A stretch of 55,990 nt of DNA from a virus. Positions 46,049 through 53,145 of this stretch are shown here, piece after piece. The stretch is from positions 1 to 55,990 of IMG/VR virus record IMGVR_UViG_3300045988_068752; one strand, 5' to 3'. The translations under genes and the position numbers were made by a program. The notes under the pieces are model-generated. The model searched no databases, was not told the DNA's origin, and saw only the letters and a list, made by a program, of their open reading frames with translations. How positions within the stretch are numbered: the stretch's first letter is position 1; the number at the start of each line of letters is the position of its first letter.

Positions 46049-46708
46049 TCACACCTCCACAGGTTGAGGGAATTGGATTTTAAATCCTCCACCTCGAGCA
46101 GCAACGATACGAGCTCCTTGCAAGCCCTGTCCGTTTCCAGAAATAGTCCAACCAAACGATTGGTCTGTAAATTTAGACGGTTGATCAGATAACTCATAGA
46201 AATCACCCACAGTCACTACGCCATACGCATCCAAATTAGCAAGCATGATGTTAAATACTTCTTGTGCATCCTGACGTGTGTCGAAGATAATTTCTTCAAC
46301 ATAATTTGATGCCTTGCGATTGCGCTTAGCATAGCTTTGTGTATAGTCCTGACGGTTCGCGTCTCGCCAAGAGTCTATACGCGTAACATTATTTACACCA
46401 CGTCCCCAGTAACTTGGTGTAGTTCTGCGAGCGTGGATATAATCTTGTCCGAAAATAGCTCGTTGGATAGCCGTTGTAGCCATATCCGCCAAACCATTTT
46501 GGATACTTGGCACGACCACATCATAAAACATGTGACCCGACCAGCCACGAAATCCTTCTTCACCGAAGAATACATTTCCGAGCCATTTTCCAACCCCGGA
46601 TTTTTTCACCCGACCCTTTGCAACTGGTTGGATATGTTTATCCATTATCTCATTCGCCTCATCAAGAGGTTTTACCTTAGTTTTCACCTTGTTATATTCT
46701 GTTGCCAT
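46049..46708 (-). CDS. Hypothetical protein (219 aa)
   Basis: Long ORF. Confidence 0.6.
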   Translation of the reverse strand: MATEYNKVKTKVKPLDEANEIMDKHIQPVAKGRVKKSGVGKWLGNVFFGEEGFRGWSGHMFYDVVVPSIQNGLADMATTAIQRAIFGQDYIHARRTTPSYWGRGVNNVTRIDSWRDANRQDYTQSYAKRNRKASNYVEEIIFDTRQDAQEVFNIMLANLDAYGVVTVGDFYELSDQPSKFTDQSFGWTISGNGQGLQGARIVAARGGGFKIQFPQPVEV

Positions 46709-46709
46709 C

Positions 46710-46955
46710 CTATGACCTAATCCCTTCTACTTTTGCCATCCATCGAGCGTCCGCTGGTGCCATTTCTTTCCTAACTCCAGAAATAGCCATAAATCGTTCG
46801 CCTTCGAATGTCATTCTATCATTAAAAACATTCAACTCCGTCGCAAAATCCGCGAGCAATATATCTCGAGGACCATCTAATGGAATATAGAATGTTACAG
46901 TGTGGTTACGGTTTTCAACTTTAACCGCCCCATAGTCTTCGAGCACTACTGCCAT
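46710..46955 (-). CDS. Hypothetical protein (81 aa)
   Basis: ORF track. Confidence 0.55.
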   Translation of the reverse strand: MAVVLEDYGAVKVENRNHTVTFYIPLDGPRDILLADFATELNVFNDRMTFEGERFMAISGVRKEMAPADARWMAKVEGIRS

Positions 46956-46967
46956 AATTATTCATCG

Positions 46968-47150
46968 CTAGTTTTTGTTTTCGCCTGTTGTATATCCCCA
47001 GACATAGTGGGCCAATCCCACGACACCTCCCGTCAAAAATCCTGCGACTCGTACATCAAGCGCAAAGAAATATACCAAAGCGGTATACAGCATTGCATAT
47101 AGCAATCCCCCAGATAACAACATAATCAAAAAACCAAATAAAGTTTTCAC
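46968..47150 (-). CDS. Small two-TM protein (60 aa), holin-like topology
   Basis: GTG at 47150 follows AAAGGAGAAG; encodes VKTLFGFLIMLLSGGLLYAMLYTALVYFFALDVRVAGFLTGGVVGLAHYVWGYTTGENKN. Confidence 0.5.
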   Translation of the reverse strand: MKTLFGFLIMLLSGGLLYAMLYTALVYFFALDVRVAGFLTGGVVGLAHYVWGYTTGENKN

Positions 47151-47171
47151 TAGCTTCTCCTTTCTAATTTT

Positions 47172-47197
47172 AAAAAAAGAATACCGAGTGTTATTCT
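47172..47197 (-). terminator. Putative intrinsic terminator ending the 47215..47547 cassette
   Basis: AGAATA/TATTCT stem followed by T7 on the minus strand; the stem is AT-rich. Confidence 0.45.
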
Positions 47198-47214
47198 CGA
47201 TATCCTTTTGAAAC

Positions 47215-47547
47215 TTATTCTTCAGTGTTATCACTGTCGTCAGATCCAAGATCAAAATCATCTTCGTCAGTTGCGTCGTCACCGTCATTACGTGATGCGT
47301 CTGCAAGCGCTTTCGCTGCGAATCCCAGTACAGTAACGCCAAGTGTCGCAAATCCAACTTTCTTCAACCATGGGCGGTTTTTAACAATCCATTGTTTAAC
47401 CTTACCTTTTGGTTCTTCGACTTCAATTGTCATTGTGTCTTGAACGTCCTCTACTGTTTCTTCAACAGTTTCAGCTACTTGTTCCGCAACCTTCCCGGTA
47501 GCGTCTACAACTTCCTCAATATTTTTTGAAACATTTTTCTTTGACAT
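47215..47547 (-). CDS. Acidic protein with central TM segment (110 aa); monocistronic cassette
   Basis: Motif copy b lies upstream and a hairpin+T-run downstream. The sequence includes ...VGFATLGVTVLGFAAKALA...DDATDEDDFDLGSDDSDNTEE. Confidence 0.7.
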   Translation of the reverse strand: MSKKNVSKNIEEVVDATGKVAEQVAETVEETVEDVQDTMTIEVEEPKGKVKQWIVKNRPWLKKVGFATLGVTVLGFAAKALADASRNDGDDATDEDDFDLGSDDSDNTEE

Positions 47548-47574
47548 GATGATGCCCTCCTTTATTTTTTATCG

Positions 47575-47604
47575 TTTCATTATGACCTATGTAATTTCTG
47601 CGGA
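47575..47604 (-). promoter_or_regulatory. Conserved promoter-like motif, copy b
   Basis: Minus strand: CGCAG AAATTACATAGGT CATAAT GAAA. Confidence 0.6.
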
Positions 47605-47607
47605 TTT

Positions 47608-47886
47608 TTATAATCCAGCAAGACATTCCTCACGGCCGGCCATATATTTAACCGGAGGAAGTCCTTTACGTTCGCGGACGATATTAATTTCATTATAGAT
47701 TAGCTCCAATCTATATTTGCAAAACTTCTTGATAGCCATAGCATCTGTACGAATACTATGGTCGTAGTGGCGAGGATAACTGTCTTCACCGAAATCAAAA
47801 TAACCCAGCTCACATTTGTAATAGAATACGGATATACACAAACTAATAACATAACTCTTCGGTGTATATGACATTTTACTCATCAT
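47608..47886 (-). CDS. Hypothetical protein (92 aa)
   Basis: ORF track. Confidence 0.5.
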   Translation of the reverse strand: MMSKMSYTPKSYVISLCISVFYYKCELGYFDFGEDSYPRHYDHSIRTDAMAIKKFCKYRLELIYNEINIVRERKGLPPVKYMAGREECLAGL

Positions 47887-48025
47887 CTTCCTCCACTTTC
47901 ACAAAATGAATTACCATATTTGAATTAGGTACATCAATTTCAATACCTTTATTGCTTGCATTAAAGGTATCGTAAAGATGGTTCATTTGTTCATAGTCCA
48001 TCTCTAAGCGAATATGTTGTTTCAT
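47876..48025 (-). CDS. Hypothetical protein (49 aa)
   Basis: ATG at 48025 overlaps the upstream TGA (ATGA) and follows AGGAGAGGA. Confidence 0.45.
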   Translation of the reverse strand: MKQHIRLEMDYEQMNHLYDTFNASNKGIEIDVPNSNMVIHFVKVEEDDE

Positions 48026-48516
48026 GTTAAATAATCCTCTCCTAAATAATAACGCAACCATGTTACGGTGTCCCACTCGTTTGTATCAACACGGTTATAT
48101 ATTGTGTCAATCACATCAAGAAAATATCTAATGTGTTCTTTGTCGACGGCATATTCTTTTGGATGGGCAAATGGTTCGAACCATAAGTTCTCTCCCATTA
48201 TACTTTCCATCTCATCGTAGTAAAATCCTTCAGCCAATGAAGCGATTAACTCATCTACCATATTTCGAGATATATTCCACAAACAAAGCTCACTATCTAA
48301 TTTCTCAGTGTTATCCGATACCATCAGTAACCCAAATATATATCTCCGATAGTCCTCTTCGAATTTTAGTTTAGTCCAATTTCGAATTAGCCTACCGATA
48401 TACCAATCGTCTATGAAAAATAATTCTTGTAACGGTAACTTACGTATATTTTGTACAACCGTATCATAGAATTCTTCCTTAGACAATACCAGGGTATATT
48501 CTTCGGTAGAAACCAT
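48022..48516 (-). CDS. Hypothetical protein, paralog of 48521..49021
   Basis: Shares patterns with its neighbour: LPLQELFFIDDWYIGRLIRNWT / EEDYRRYIFGLLMV versus MPLDDFLLIPNNEIDKYIAAWT / QEDYKRYFQFIMTI. Confidence 0.6.
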   Translation of the reverse strand: MVSTEEYTLVLSKEEFYDTVVQNIRKLPLQELFFIDDWYIGRLIRNWTKLKFEEDYRRYIFGLLMVSDNTEKLDSELCLWNISRNMVDELIASLAEGFYYDEMESIMGENLWFEPFAHPKEYAVDKEHIRYFLDVIDTIYNRVDTNEWDTVTWLRYYLGEDYLT

Positions 48517-48520
48517 CACT

Positions 48521-49021
48521 TCAACCTTCTTCCTCATGATTTTCTTCTAATACTTTGTCATAGTATTTTTCGAATTCCTTACGCAGTTCAGTAGCGCTCA
48601 TATATGCTCTGCGATTGTCCGGGTCATTTTCAATTTTGTTTGCCGTTTCGGATATCAATTCGTATAACAATTGATAGTTTTCATGCATTACATCCGCGGT
48701 TCCGAATACAGTTTTGTAATATGAAGTTTCTAACATAGATAACAACATAGAGTCAATAATCTTACGGGCAATACGGAAATAGTATAAATCCATATCTACG
48801 ATATGCATTTCAGGCGGAATTGTCATGATGAATTGGAAATATCGTTTGTAGTCTTCTTGTGCAGGACTGTTACCCTTTTCATCTGGGTCCGTCCACGCAG
48901 CGATATATTTGTCAATTTCGTTGTTTGGAATTAACAAAAAGTCATCAAGCGGCATCGCTTTAATCATATCAATAATTGTCTGCTTGAATTCAGCAGACGT
49001 TTTAACAATTGGTCTAGCCAT
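48521..49021 (-). CDS. Hypothetical protein, paralog of 48022..48516
   Basis: See the paired motifs in the previous entry. Confidence 0.6.
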   Translation of the reverse strand: MARPIVKTSAEFKQTIIDMIKAMPLDDFLLIPNNEIDKYIAAWTDPDEKGNSPAQEDYKRYFQFIMTIPPEMHIVDMDLYYFRIARKIIDSMLLSMLETSYYKTVFGTADVMHENYQLLYELISETANKIENDPDNRRAYMSATELRKEFEKYYDKVLEENHEEEG

Positions 49022-49033
49022 TTTTACCTCACT

Positions 49034-49264
49034 TTATAAATACAAATTCTCAATGATGGATACCATCATAAATAGGTATATAAACCCAATAAATAACATT
49101 CCAGTAAATGCTATTAGGAAACCTAAGAACCCCAACGTGCTCATAAGATTTAACATCAATAAGAAACCAATTGTCTCTACACATAAAACTAGAAACGTCA
49201 ATGCGAACATGAATAACACATCTGTTAAGTTGTTTTCTAATACATATTTAATTTTCTCCCACAT
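49034..49264 (-). CDS. Small multi-TM membrane protein (76 aa), holin-like topology
   Basis: VLFMFALTFLVLCVETIGFLLMLNLMSTLGFLGFLIAFTGMLFIGFIYLFMMV. Confidence 0.55.
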   Translation of the reverse strand: MWEKIKYVLENNLTDVLFMFALTFLVLCVETIGFLLMLNLMSTLGFLGFLIAFTGMLFIGFIYLFMMVSIIENLYL

Positions 49265-49625
49265 TTATTCCATTTCCTTTCAAATAATAATTTCTGATAA
49301 TTTGTTTAGGAGTCAGCTCACCATTAAATACACCATACACATAAATTTCATATGTCCATCTGTCAGTACGAATATTGTATTGTAAAGGTGTTACCGATGT
49401 AATAATACCCGCTTTAAATATAGACAATTCGTCATGCAAAATCTCAGGTTCAATTTTTTGCACACCATCGGACATTCGAGTATATCTTTCGTATCCTTGC
49501 ATACCAATTTCTTGAAGATTTGTAGATACTTCAATTTTAAAACGGTTGTCATCAAGCCGCGTAACATACTTCTTAATAATTGGATTTTTTGGTTTTGTCT
49601 CCTTCGTCATAACAATATCTGTCAT
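49248..49625 (-). CDS. Hypothetical protein (125 aa)
   Basis: ORF with a GAGGAGG RBS directly after a terminator. Confidence 0.6.
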   Translation of the reverse strand: MTDIVMTKETKPKNPIIKKYVTRLDDNRFKIEVSTNLQEIGMQGYERYTRMSDGVQKIEPEILHDELSIFKAGIITSVTPLQYNIRTDRWTYEIYVYGVFNGELTPKQIIRNYYLKGNGINVGEN

Positions 49626-49640
49626 GTTTACCTCCTCACA

Positions 49641-49666
49641 AAAAGAAAGGGATAAGTAATCCCTTT
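49641..49666 (-). terminator. Intrinsic terminator ending the 49665..49955 cassette
   Basis: AAAGGGAT/ATCCCTTT 8-bp stem (49646-49653 with 49659-49666) followed by CTTTTTG on the minus strand. Confidence 0.6.
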
Positions 49667-49955
49667 ATTTGAAAAATCGTTTGCTGACTACTCCCCAGAG
49701 CTTGGATGTAATAATGTTCATTCTTTCGAAATATAACACGCCAGCCATTCCAGTTACATCGATAATAGCTCTTAAAATTGTTTCCGGCTTCAACTTGTTT
49801 TTGTCACGTTCGTTCCGTACTGCAACGAGTTTTGCCAATTTCAAATTAAGATCCATAATCTCAGCTTCTGTTTCAGCTAGAGCTATTTTCGTTTGAAGTT
49901 CCTCTATTTGCATGTTAAGCCCATCAAAGCATATAGCCATCATAATTTCTCTCAT
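49665..49955 (-). CDS. Hypothetical protein (96 aa); monocistronic cassette
   Basis: Motif copy j upstream and a terminator downstream. Confidence 0.65.
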   Translation of the reverse strand: MREIMMAICFDGLNMQIEELQTKIALAETEAEIMDLNLKLAKLVAVRNERDKNKLKPETILRAIIDVTGMAGVLYFERMNIITSKLWGVVSKRFFK

Positions 49956-49970
49956 ATATTTTTACCTTCC

Positions 49971-50000
49971 TTTCATTATAGCATAGGGAAATCCTGCGCA
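49971..50000 (-). promoter_or_regulatory. Conserved promoter-like motif, copy j (overlaps the last codons of 49976..50335)
   Basis: Minus strand: CGCAG GATTTCCCTATGC TATAAT GAAA. Confidence 0.6.
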
Positions 50001-50335
50001 CCATTTGGTACGAATTTTACCGGTGATAATTCGGGCGGCAATATGGCTGGTTTAAGAGTTACTCTAACATCCGCGTCACCTTTCCATACGGGAGGAACCA
50101 AATATATGGTTGTGAGTATCCAAGTTTTGCCGAGAAAATTCACTAGTAGAAGAGAATTATCATTAGAATTGTTTAATAAATAATCCTTACGAAGCAAACG
50201 CATGATTTCGTTATTAACAAAATGAATATTAACCACGCTTTGTTTAAGTATAGCATCGAATTCTTCCGTAACATTCTCATGAACCATTGTCGAATATACT
50301 TTGTTTTGGTATTTAATTATAAGTCTTCCAATCAT
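49976..50335 (-). CDS. Hypothetical protein (119 aa)
   Basis: ORF track. Confidence 0.55.
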   Translation of the reverse strand: MIGRLIIKYQNKVYSTMVHENVTEEFDAILKQSVVNIHFVNNEIMRLLRKDYLLNNSNDNSLLLVNFLGKTWILTTIYLVPPVWKGDADVRVTLKPAILPPELSPVKFVPNGAQDFPML

Positions 50336-50337
50336 AT

Positions 50338-50655
50338 TTATACCGCCCTCACTAAATGCAACACAATATACTGTGAACCAAATTCTGGCTTATGAAAATT
50401 CATACTCTTTAATGAATAATCATCATGAACTTTACCACCGATAATAAATGTAGGCTTACACTTTGGTGGTATTGTCAACTTTGCAAATCGACACGCATCC
50501 CTAATATGTTGATAATAAGGTATAATAACACCTATTTTCTTCTCAACATACTCACCTGTATCCCAATAGCGAGATGATTCGTCCCATATAGTAACATCTT
50601 GAAATGAATACACCTTACCATCTATCTCAAATATAAATCGATTAATTGGTTCCAT
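50338..50655 (-). CDS. Hypothetical protein (105 aa)
   Basis: ORF track. Confidence 0.55.
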   Translation of the reverse strand: MEPINRFIFEIDGKVYSFQDVTIWDESSRYWDTGEYVEKKIGVIIPYYQHIRDACRFAKLTIPPKCKPTFIIGGKVHDDYSLKSMNFHKPEFGSQYIVLHLVRAV

Positions 50656-50945
50656 TAGTCATCTCCAAAAATCTTACGCAATTCGTCATTTTGGTCCTTA
50701 AGAAACATAGATTCGCCTAGTTTACCTTCTTCCCCAATCGCTTCATTAAGTTCGCGATTATATTTGGTATTTCGTCGACCAAGAATAAGATAGGCAACTG
50801 CGGTAAGGATGCCTGTAGCAGCCATACCAACAGCACCTTTAATTTGTTCATTCGCACGACCATCGACTTGTCCACGGTAATACGCTTCTTGCATGTCTTT
50901 GTCTTCAAATTCTACACCTTCAATTTTAAACATATTTTTAAACAT
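50655..50945 (-). CDS. Hypothetical membrane protein (96 aa)
   Basis: TM segment AVGMAATGILTAVAYLILG. Confidence 0.55.
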   Translation of the reverse strand: MFKNMFKIEGVEFEDKDMQEAYYRGQVDGRANEQIKGAVGMAATGILTAVAYLILGRRNTKYNRELNEAIGEEGKLGESMFLKDQNDELRKIFGDD

Positions 50946-50959
50946 ATTAGTTTCTCCTT

Positions 50960-51286
50960 TTATTCATCCAAAGTTTTATCTAATGCTCGTAGTATAATGA
51001 CTAACTCAGAAATATATGACAGGGGTATATGCTTTTTGGGAGTGTATGCGCATTCCACACATTTCAAATAAAGTTCAGTCATACCTTTTTTCAAAACTGC
51101 CAATTGTAATTCGGAATCAATATCCTTAATTTCATAAGCACGTTTTTCGACTCGGTCAACTTTATCGATATCATCAACCAATGTATTGATACTTTCTTTA
51201 CAATCTTTTCTAAGCTTTTTGTTAAAAAATAACCATGTAATTAGTGAACTACGGTCTTTCAAACTGTCGTTGTTTAATATATACAT
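50960..51286 (-). CDS. Hypothetical protein (108 aa)
   Basis: ATG at 51286 follows GGGGGAG. Confidence 0.55.
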   Translation of the reverse strand: MYILNNDSLKDRSSLITWLFFNKKLRKDCKESINTLVDDIDKVDRVEKRAYEIKDIDSELQLAVLKKGMTELYLKCVECAYTPKKHIPLSYISELVIILRALDKTLDE

Positions 51287-51297
51287 TATTACTCCCC

Positions 51298-51435
51298 CTA
51301 TGTAATATCCCAAACCTTTTTAATCAAGTATAAAATTACTCCAACTTTCGTTAAGCTGGAAATTGTAACATTCCGATTTTGCTTTTTCTCAGTAGCAGTT
51401 CTTGCTATAATTTGTTGCAATACTTCTTTATCCAT
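51298..51435 (-). CDS. Small protein (45 aa)
   Basis: GAGGAGG RBS directly after a terminator; encodes MDKEVLQQIIARTATEKKQNRNVTISSLTKVGVILYLIKKVWDIT. Confidence 0.5.
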   Translation of the reverse strand: MDKEVLQQIIARTATEKKQNRNVTISSLTKVGVILYLIKKVWDIT

Positions 51436-51449
51436 TTGTACCTCCTCAC

Positions 51450-51477
51450 AAAAAAAGAAAGGATATTTTCATATCCT
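51450..51477 (-). terminator. Intrinsic terminator ending the 51483..51665 cassette
   Basis: AGGATAT/ATATCCT stem (51460-51466 with 51471-51477) and a 4-nt loop, followed by TTCTTTTTTT on the minus strand. Confidence 0.65.
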
Positions 51478-51482
51478 AATCT

Positions 51483-51665
51483 TTAGAAATTTTCATTTCT
51501 AAGTTTCTTTAATACGCTTTGAACTGTATTCAAGCGACGTTTATGAAATTCGCTATCTTCGTTAATGTAACCCTGTTTTTCGAGTTTCTTTACATAATCC
51601 TCTTCCAACACGGCGTATAACGCCAACAAGCGAAATCCTAATTCTCGCACACATTTTCTGAACAT
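51483..51665 (-). CDS. Small protein (60 aa); monocistronic cassette
   Basis: Motif copy c upstream, AAGGAGGA RBS, terminator downstream. Confidence 0.65.
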   Translation of the reverse strand: MFRKCVRELGFRLLALYAVLEEDYVKKLEKQGYINEDSEFHKRRLNTVQSVLKKLRNENF

Positions 51666-51687
51666 ATTAAGTCCTCCTTAAATTTTA

Positions 51688-51716
51688 TTTCATTATAGGA
51701 TGTGTAAAAACTGCGT
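51688..51716 (-). promoter_or_regulatory. Conserved promoter-like motif, copy c
   Basis: Minus strand: CGCAG TTTTTACACATCC TATAAT GAAA. Confidence 0.6.
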
Positions 51717-51862
51717 TACAATAATTTTTTAAAAGCAGCTTCCATTTTCTCATATTTAAGTTGGATAATCGCAGGGTTCTGCATAATGTTAAGCATATCA
51801 CTAGCGTTTTCGTGTAACAAATCAGGTCTAGTTATAAAAATAATTGGTTCGGGTCTATTCAT
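51716..51862 (-). CDS. Small protein (48 aa)
   Basis: ATG at 51862 (MNRPEPIIFITRPDLL...) follows AAAGGAGG. Confidence 0.5.
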   Translation of the reverse strand: MNRPEPIIFITRPDLLHENASDMLNIMQNPAIIQLKYEKMEAAFKKLL

Positions 51863-51941
51863 TATCTTTACCTCCTTTGAATAATGTCCGAATGATGTCA
51901 ATTACCATAAACAATGATAAAATCCACATAAATAAAGTCAT
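51855..51941 (-). CDS. Possible small hydrophobic peptide (28 aa)
   Basis: AAAGGAGG RBS; encodes MTLFMWILSLFMVIDIIRTLFKGGKDNE. Its stop overlaps the next start. Confidence 0.4.
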   Translation of the reverse strand: MTLFMWILSLFMVIDIIRTLFKGGKDNE

Positions 51942-52053
51942 GTATATTACCTCCTTTACTTGACTTCACAAAACCCTCCATATGTAAATTTGACTGAATA
52001 AAGTTGAGGCTTCCTCCTTAAAAATAATTATTTATGGAGAGCTTGGTGAAATC

Positions 52054-52080
52054 AAAAAAGAAAGGAGCCTTTAAGCTCCT
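52054..52080 (-). terminator. Intrinsic terminator ending the 52085..52273 cassette
   Basis: AGGAGC/GCTCCT stem (52063-52068 with 52075-52080) followed by TTTCTTTTTT on the minus strand. Confidence 0.6.
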
Positions 52081-52084
52081 ATTC

Positions 52085-52273
52085 TTATTCTTCCTTATTA
52101 GTATTGCGTACCAACAATGATAACGCCACAACAGCAGTTCCTACGGTCAGTAAACCTTCAATAGTACCTTGACCTGCTCCTTTAAGGCAACTAACAATAA
52201 ATTTGTCGTTTTCCTTAATTTCAAGCGGTGTGTCTACAAAGTTAACAAGACCTAAAAATCCTTTGTTTGTCAT
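52085..52273 (-). CDS. Small protein with C-terminal TM segment (62 aa); monocistronic cassette
   Basis: ATG at 52273 follows GGAGGA; encodes MTNKGFLGLVNFVDTPLEIKEND...GLLTVGTAVVALSLLV. Confidence 0.65.
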   Translation of the reverse strand: MTNKGFLGLVNFVDTPLEIKENDKFIVSCLKGAGQGTIEGLLTVGTAVVALSLLVRNTNKEE

Positions 52274-52296
52274 TATGTTGTCCTCCAATATTTTTA

Positions 52297-52325
52297 TTTC
52301 ATTATAGGGTATGTAATTACTGCGA
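52297..52325 (-). promoter_or_regulatory. Conserved promoter-like motif, copy d
   Basis: Minus strand: CGCAG TAATTACATACCC TATAAT GAAA. Confidence 0.6.
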
Positions 52326-52763
52326 TTAAGTTAACTTCCTATAGTCACCAATAAGTTTATCAGGAAAATATTCCCCATCGTTATTGATATCCAATATAGG
52401 CGCTTTCTCTCCTTCATCTAACATATCAGCAACTGTGTGTGAATATGCCTTGATTGTTGCGAAGAACATAGGTGCGTCCTTCTTGGAAATATAAACCGTC
52501 TGTGCAGTATGTGCTCGCTTAGGTTTAGGGTTGTGAATACGGATACCTTCAAAATAACTTTTATCTGGATCGATAAATCCAGACATAATTACTGGTACGT
52601 CGTTAGCTACCAAATTCACATACACGATATACTCTCCAATCTTCTCATCGAAATATGAGTGAATGTATTTAAAAAGAAGAGAATGTACATTTGGCATTCT
52701 CTTAGTAACTCCGAATTTCCTTCCTGTCTTTTTAACAGTTTTCCTTTTCTTGCTAATAGGCAT
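52326..52763 (-). CDS. Hypothetical protein (145 aa) with basic N-terminus
   Basis: ATG at 52763 follows AAGGAGG; encodes MPISKKRKTVKKTGRKFGVTKR... Confidence 0.6.
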   Translation of the reverse strand: MPISKKRKTVKKTGRKFGVTKRMPNVHSLLFKYIHSYFDEKIGEYIVYVNLVANDVPVIMSGFIDPDKSYFEGIRIHNPKPKRAHTAQTVYISKKDAPMFFATIKAYSHTVADMLDEGEKAPILDINNDGEYFPDKLIGDYRKLT

Positions 52764-52799
52764 AGCAAACCTCCTTAAATGATTTTGAAAAAAAAAAAA

Positions 52800-52890
52800 C
52801 GAAGGAGTGAATATGCGGCATCGCACCGCACTTCCATTTCTGGATGCTTTCCTAAAACCTACTAAGCATATTCTTATGGCTTATTCCTTC
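52800..52890 (-). ncRNA. Candidate ~90-nt structured small RNA (third promoter-RNA-oligoT cassette)
   Basis: It begins at the end of motif copy e. A GAAGGA/TCCTTC closing stem (52885-52890 with 52801-52806) is followed by G+T12. An internal TGCGG-TGCGATG-CCGCA hairpin has 5 bp and a 7-nt loop. No ORF and no RBS. Confidence 0.35.
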
Positions 52891-52916
52891 ATTATAATGT
52901 ATGTAAATCCTGCGAA
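52887..52916 (-). promoter_or_regulatory. Conserved promoter-like motif, copy e
   Basis: Minus strand: CGCAG GATTTACATACAT TATAAT GAAG. Confidence 0.6.
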
Positions 52917-52925
52917 ATTCAAAAA

Positions 52926-53040
52926 AAAAGGGTGCCGGATTCGAACCGACGACAGCCATCCGTATTCACGTTATCCAATGTGGGGAATACGGGCGCTCTA
53001 ATATGGATAAATATCCACACACCACTGAGCTAAGCCCTTT
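52926..53040 (-). ncRNA. 114-nt tRNA-like RNA with expanded D-loop and anticodon arm
   Basis: Minus strand: AAAGGGC TTA GCTC AGTGGT[GTGTGGATATTTATCCATAT]TA GAGC G CCGTATTC[17-nt loop]GAATACGG ATGGCTGTC GTCGG TTCGAAT CCGGC ACCCTTT + T-run. The D-arm, T-arm and acceptor pairing are canonical. About 40 nt are extra. Confidence 0.5.
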
Positions 53041-53067
53041 TCATTATAGCGTATGTAATTTCTGCGA
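53038..53067 (-). promoter_or_regulatory. Conserved promoter-like motif, copy f
   Basis: Minus strand: CGCAG AAATTACATACGC TATAAT GAAA. The terminal AAA are the first three nt of the tRNA-like acceptor stem. Confidence 0.6.
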
Positions 53068-53071
53068 AAAA

Positions 53072-53145
53072 AAAGAATAGAGTGGAGTTGAACCACGTCG
53101 CCCCTCCTGAATAATCAGGATGCTCTCCCGCTGAGCTATATTCTT
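53072..53145 (-). tRNA. tRNA gene (about 73 nt) with non-canonical anticodon loop; identity unassigned
   Basis: Minus strand: AAGAATA TA GCTC AGCGGGA GAGC A TCCTG ATTATT CAGGA GGGGCGAC GTGG TTCAACT CCAC TC TATTCTT + T8. The 7-bp acceptor stem is perfect and the D-arm and T-loop are canonical, but the anticodon loop has only 6 nt. Confidence 0.6.

Noticed and set aside
51975-51996. Partial match to the promoter motif core (minus strand AAATTTACATATGG)
   Set aside because: It lacks both anchors: no CGCAG, and no YATAAT at the fixed 13-nt spacing. It is probably a relic or chance match.
53072-53145. Suppressor tRNA (TTA anticodon) implying stop-codon reassignment
   Set aside because: Genes across the genome are intact under the standard code, and many end in TAA. 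The loop register needed to read TTA as an anticodon is not canonical.
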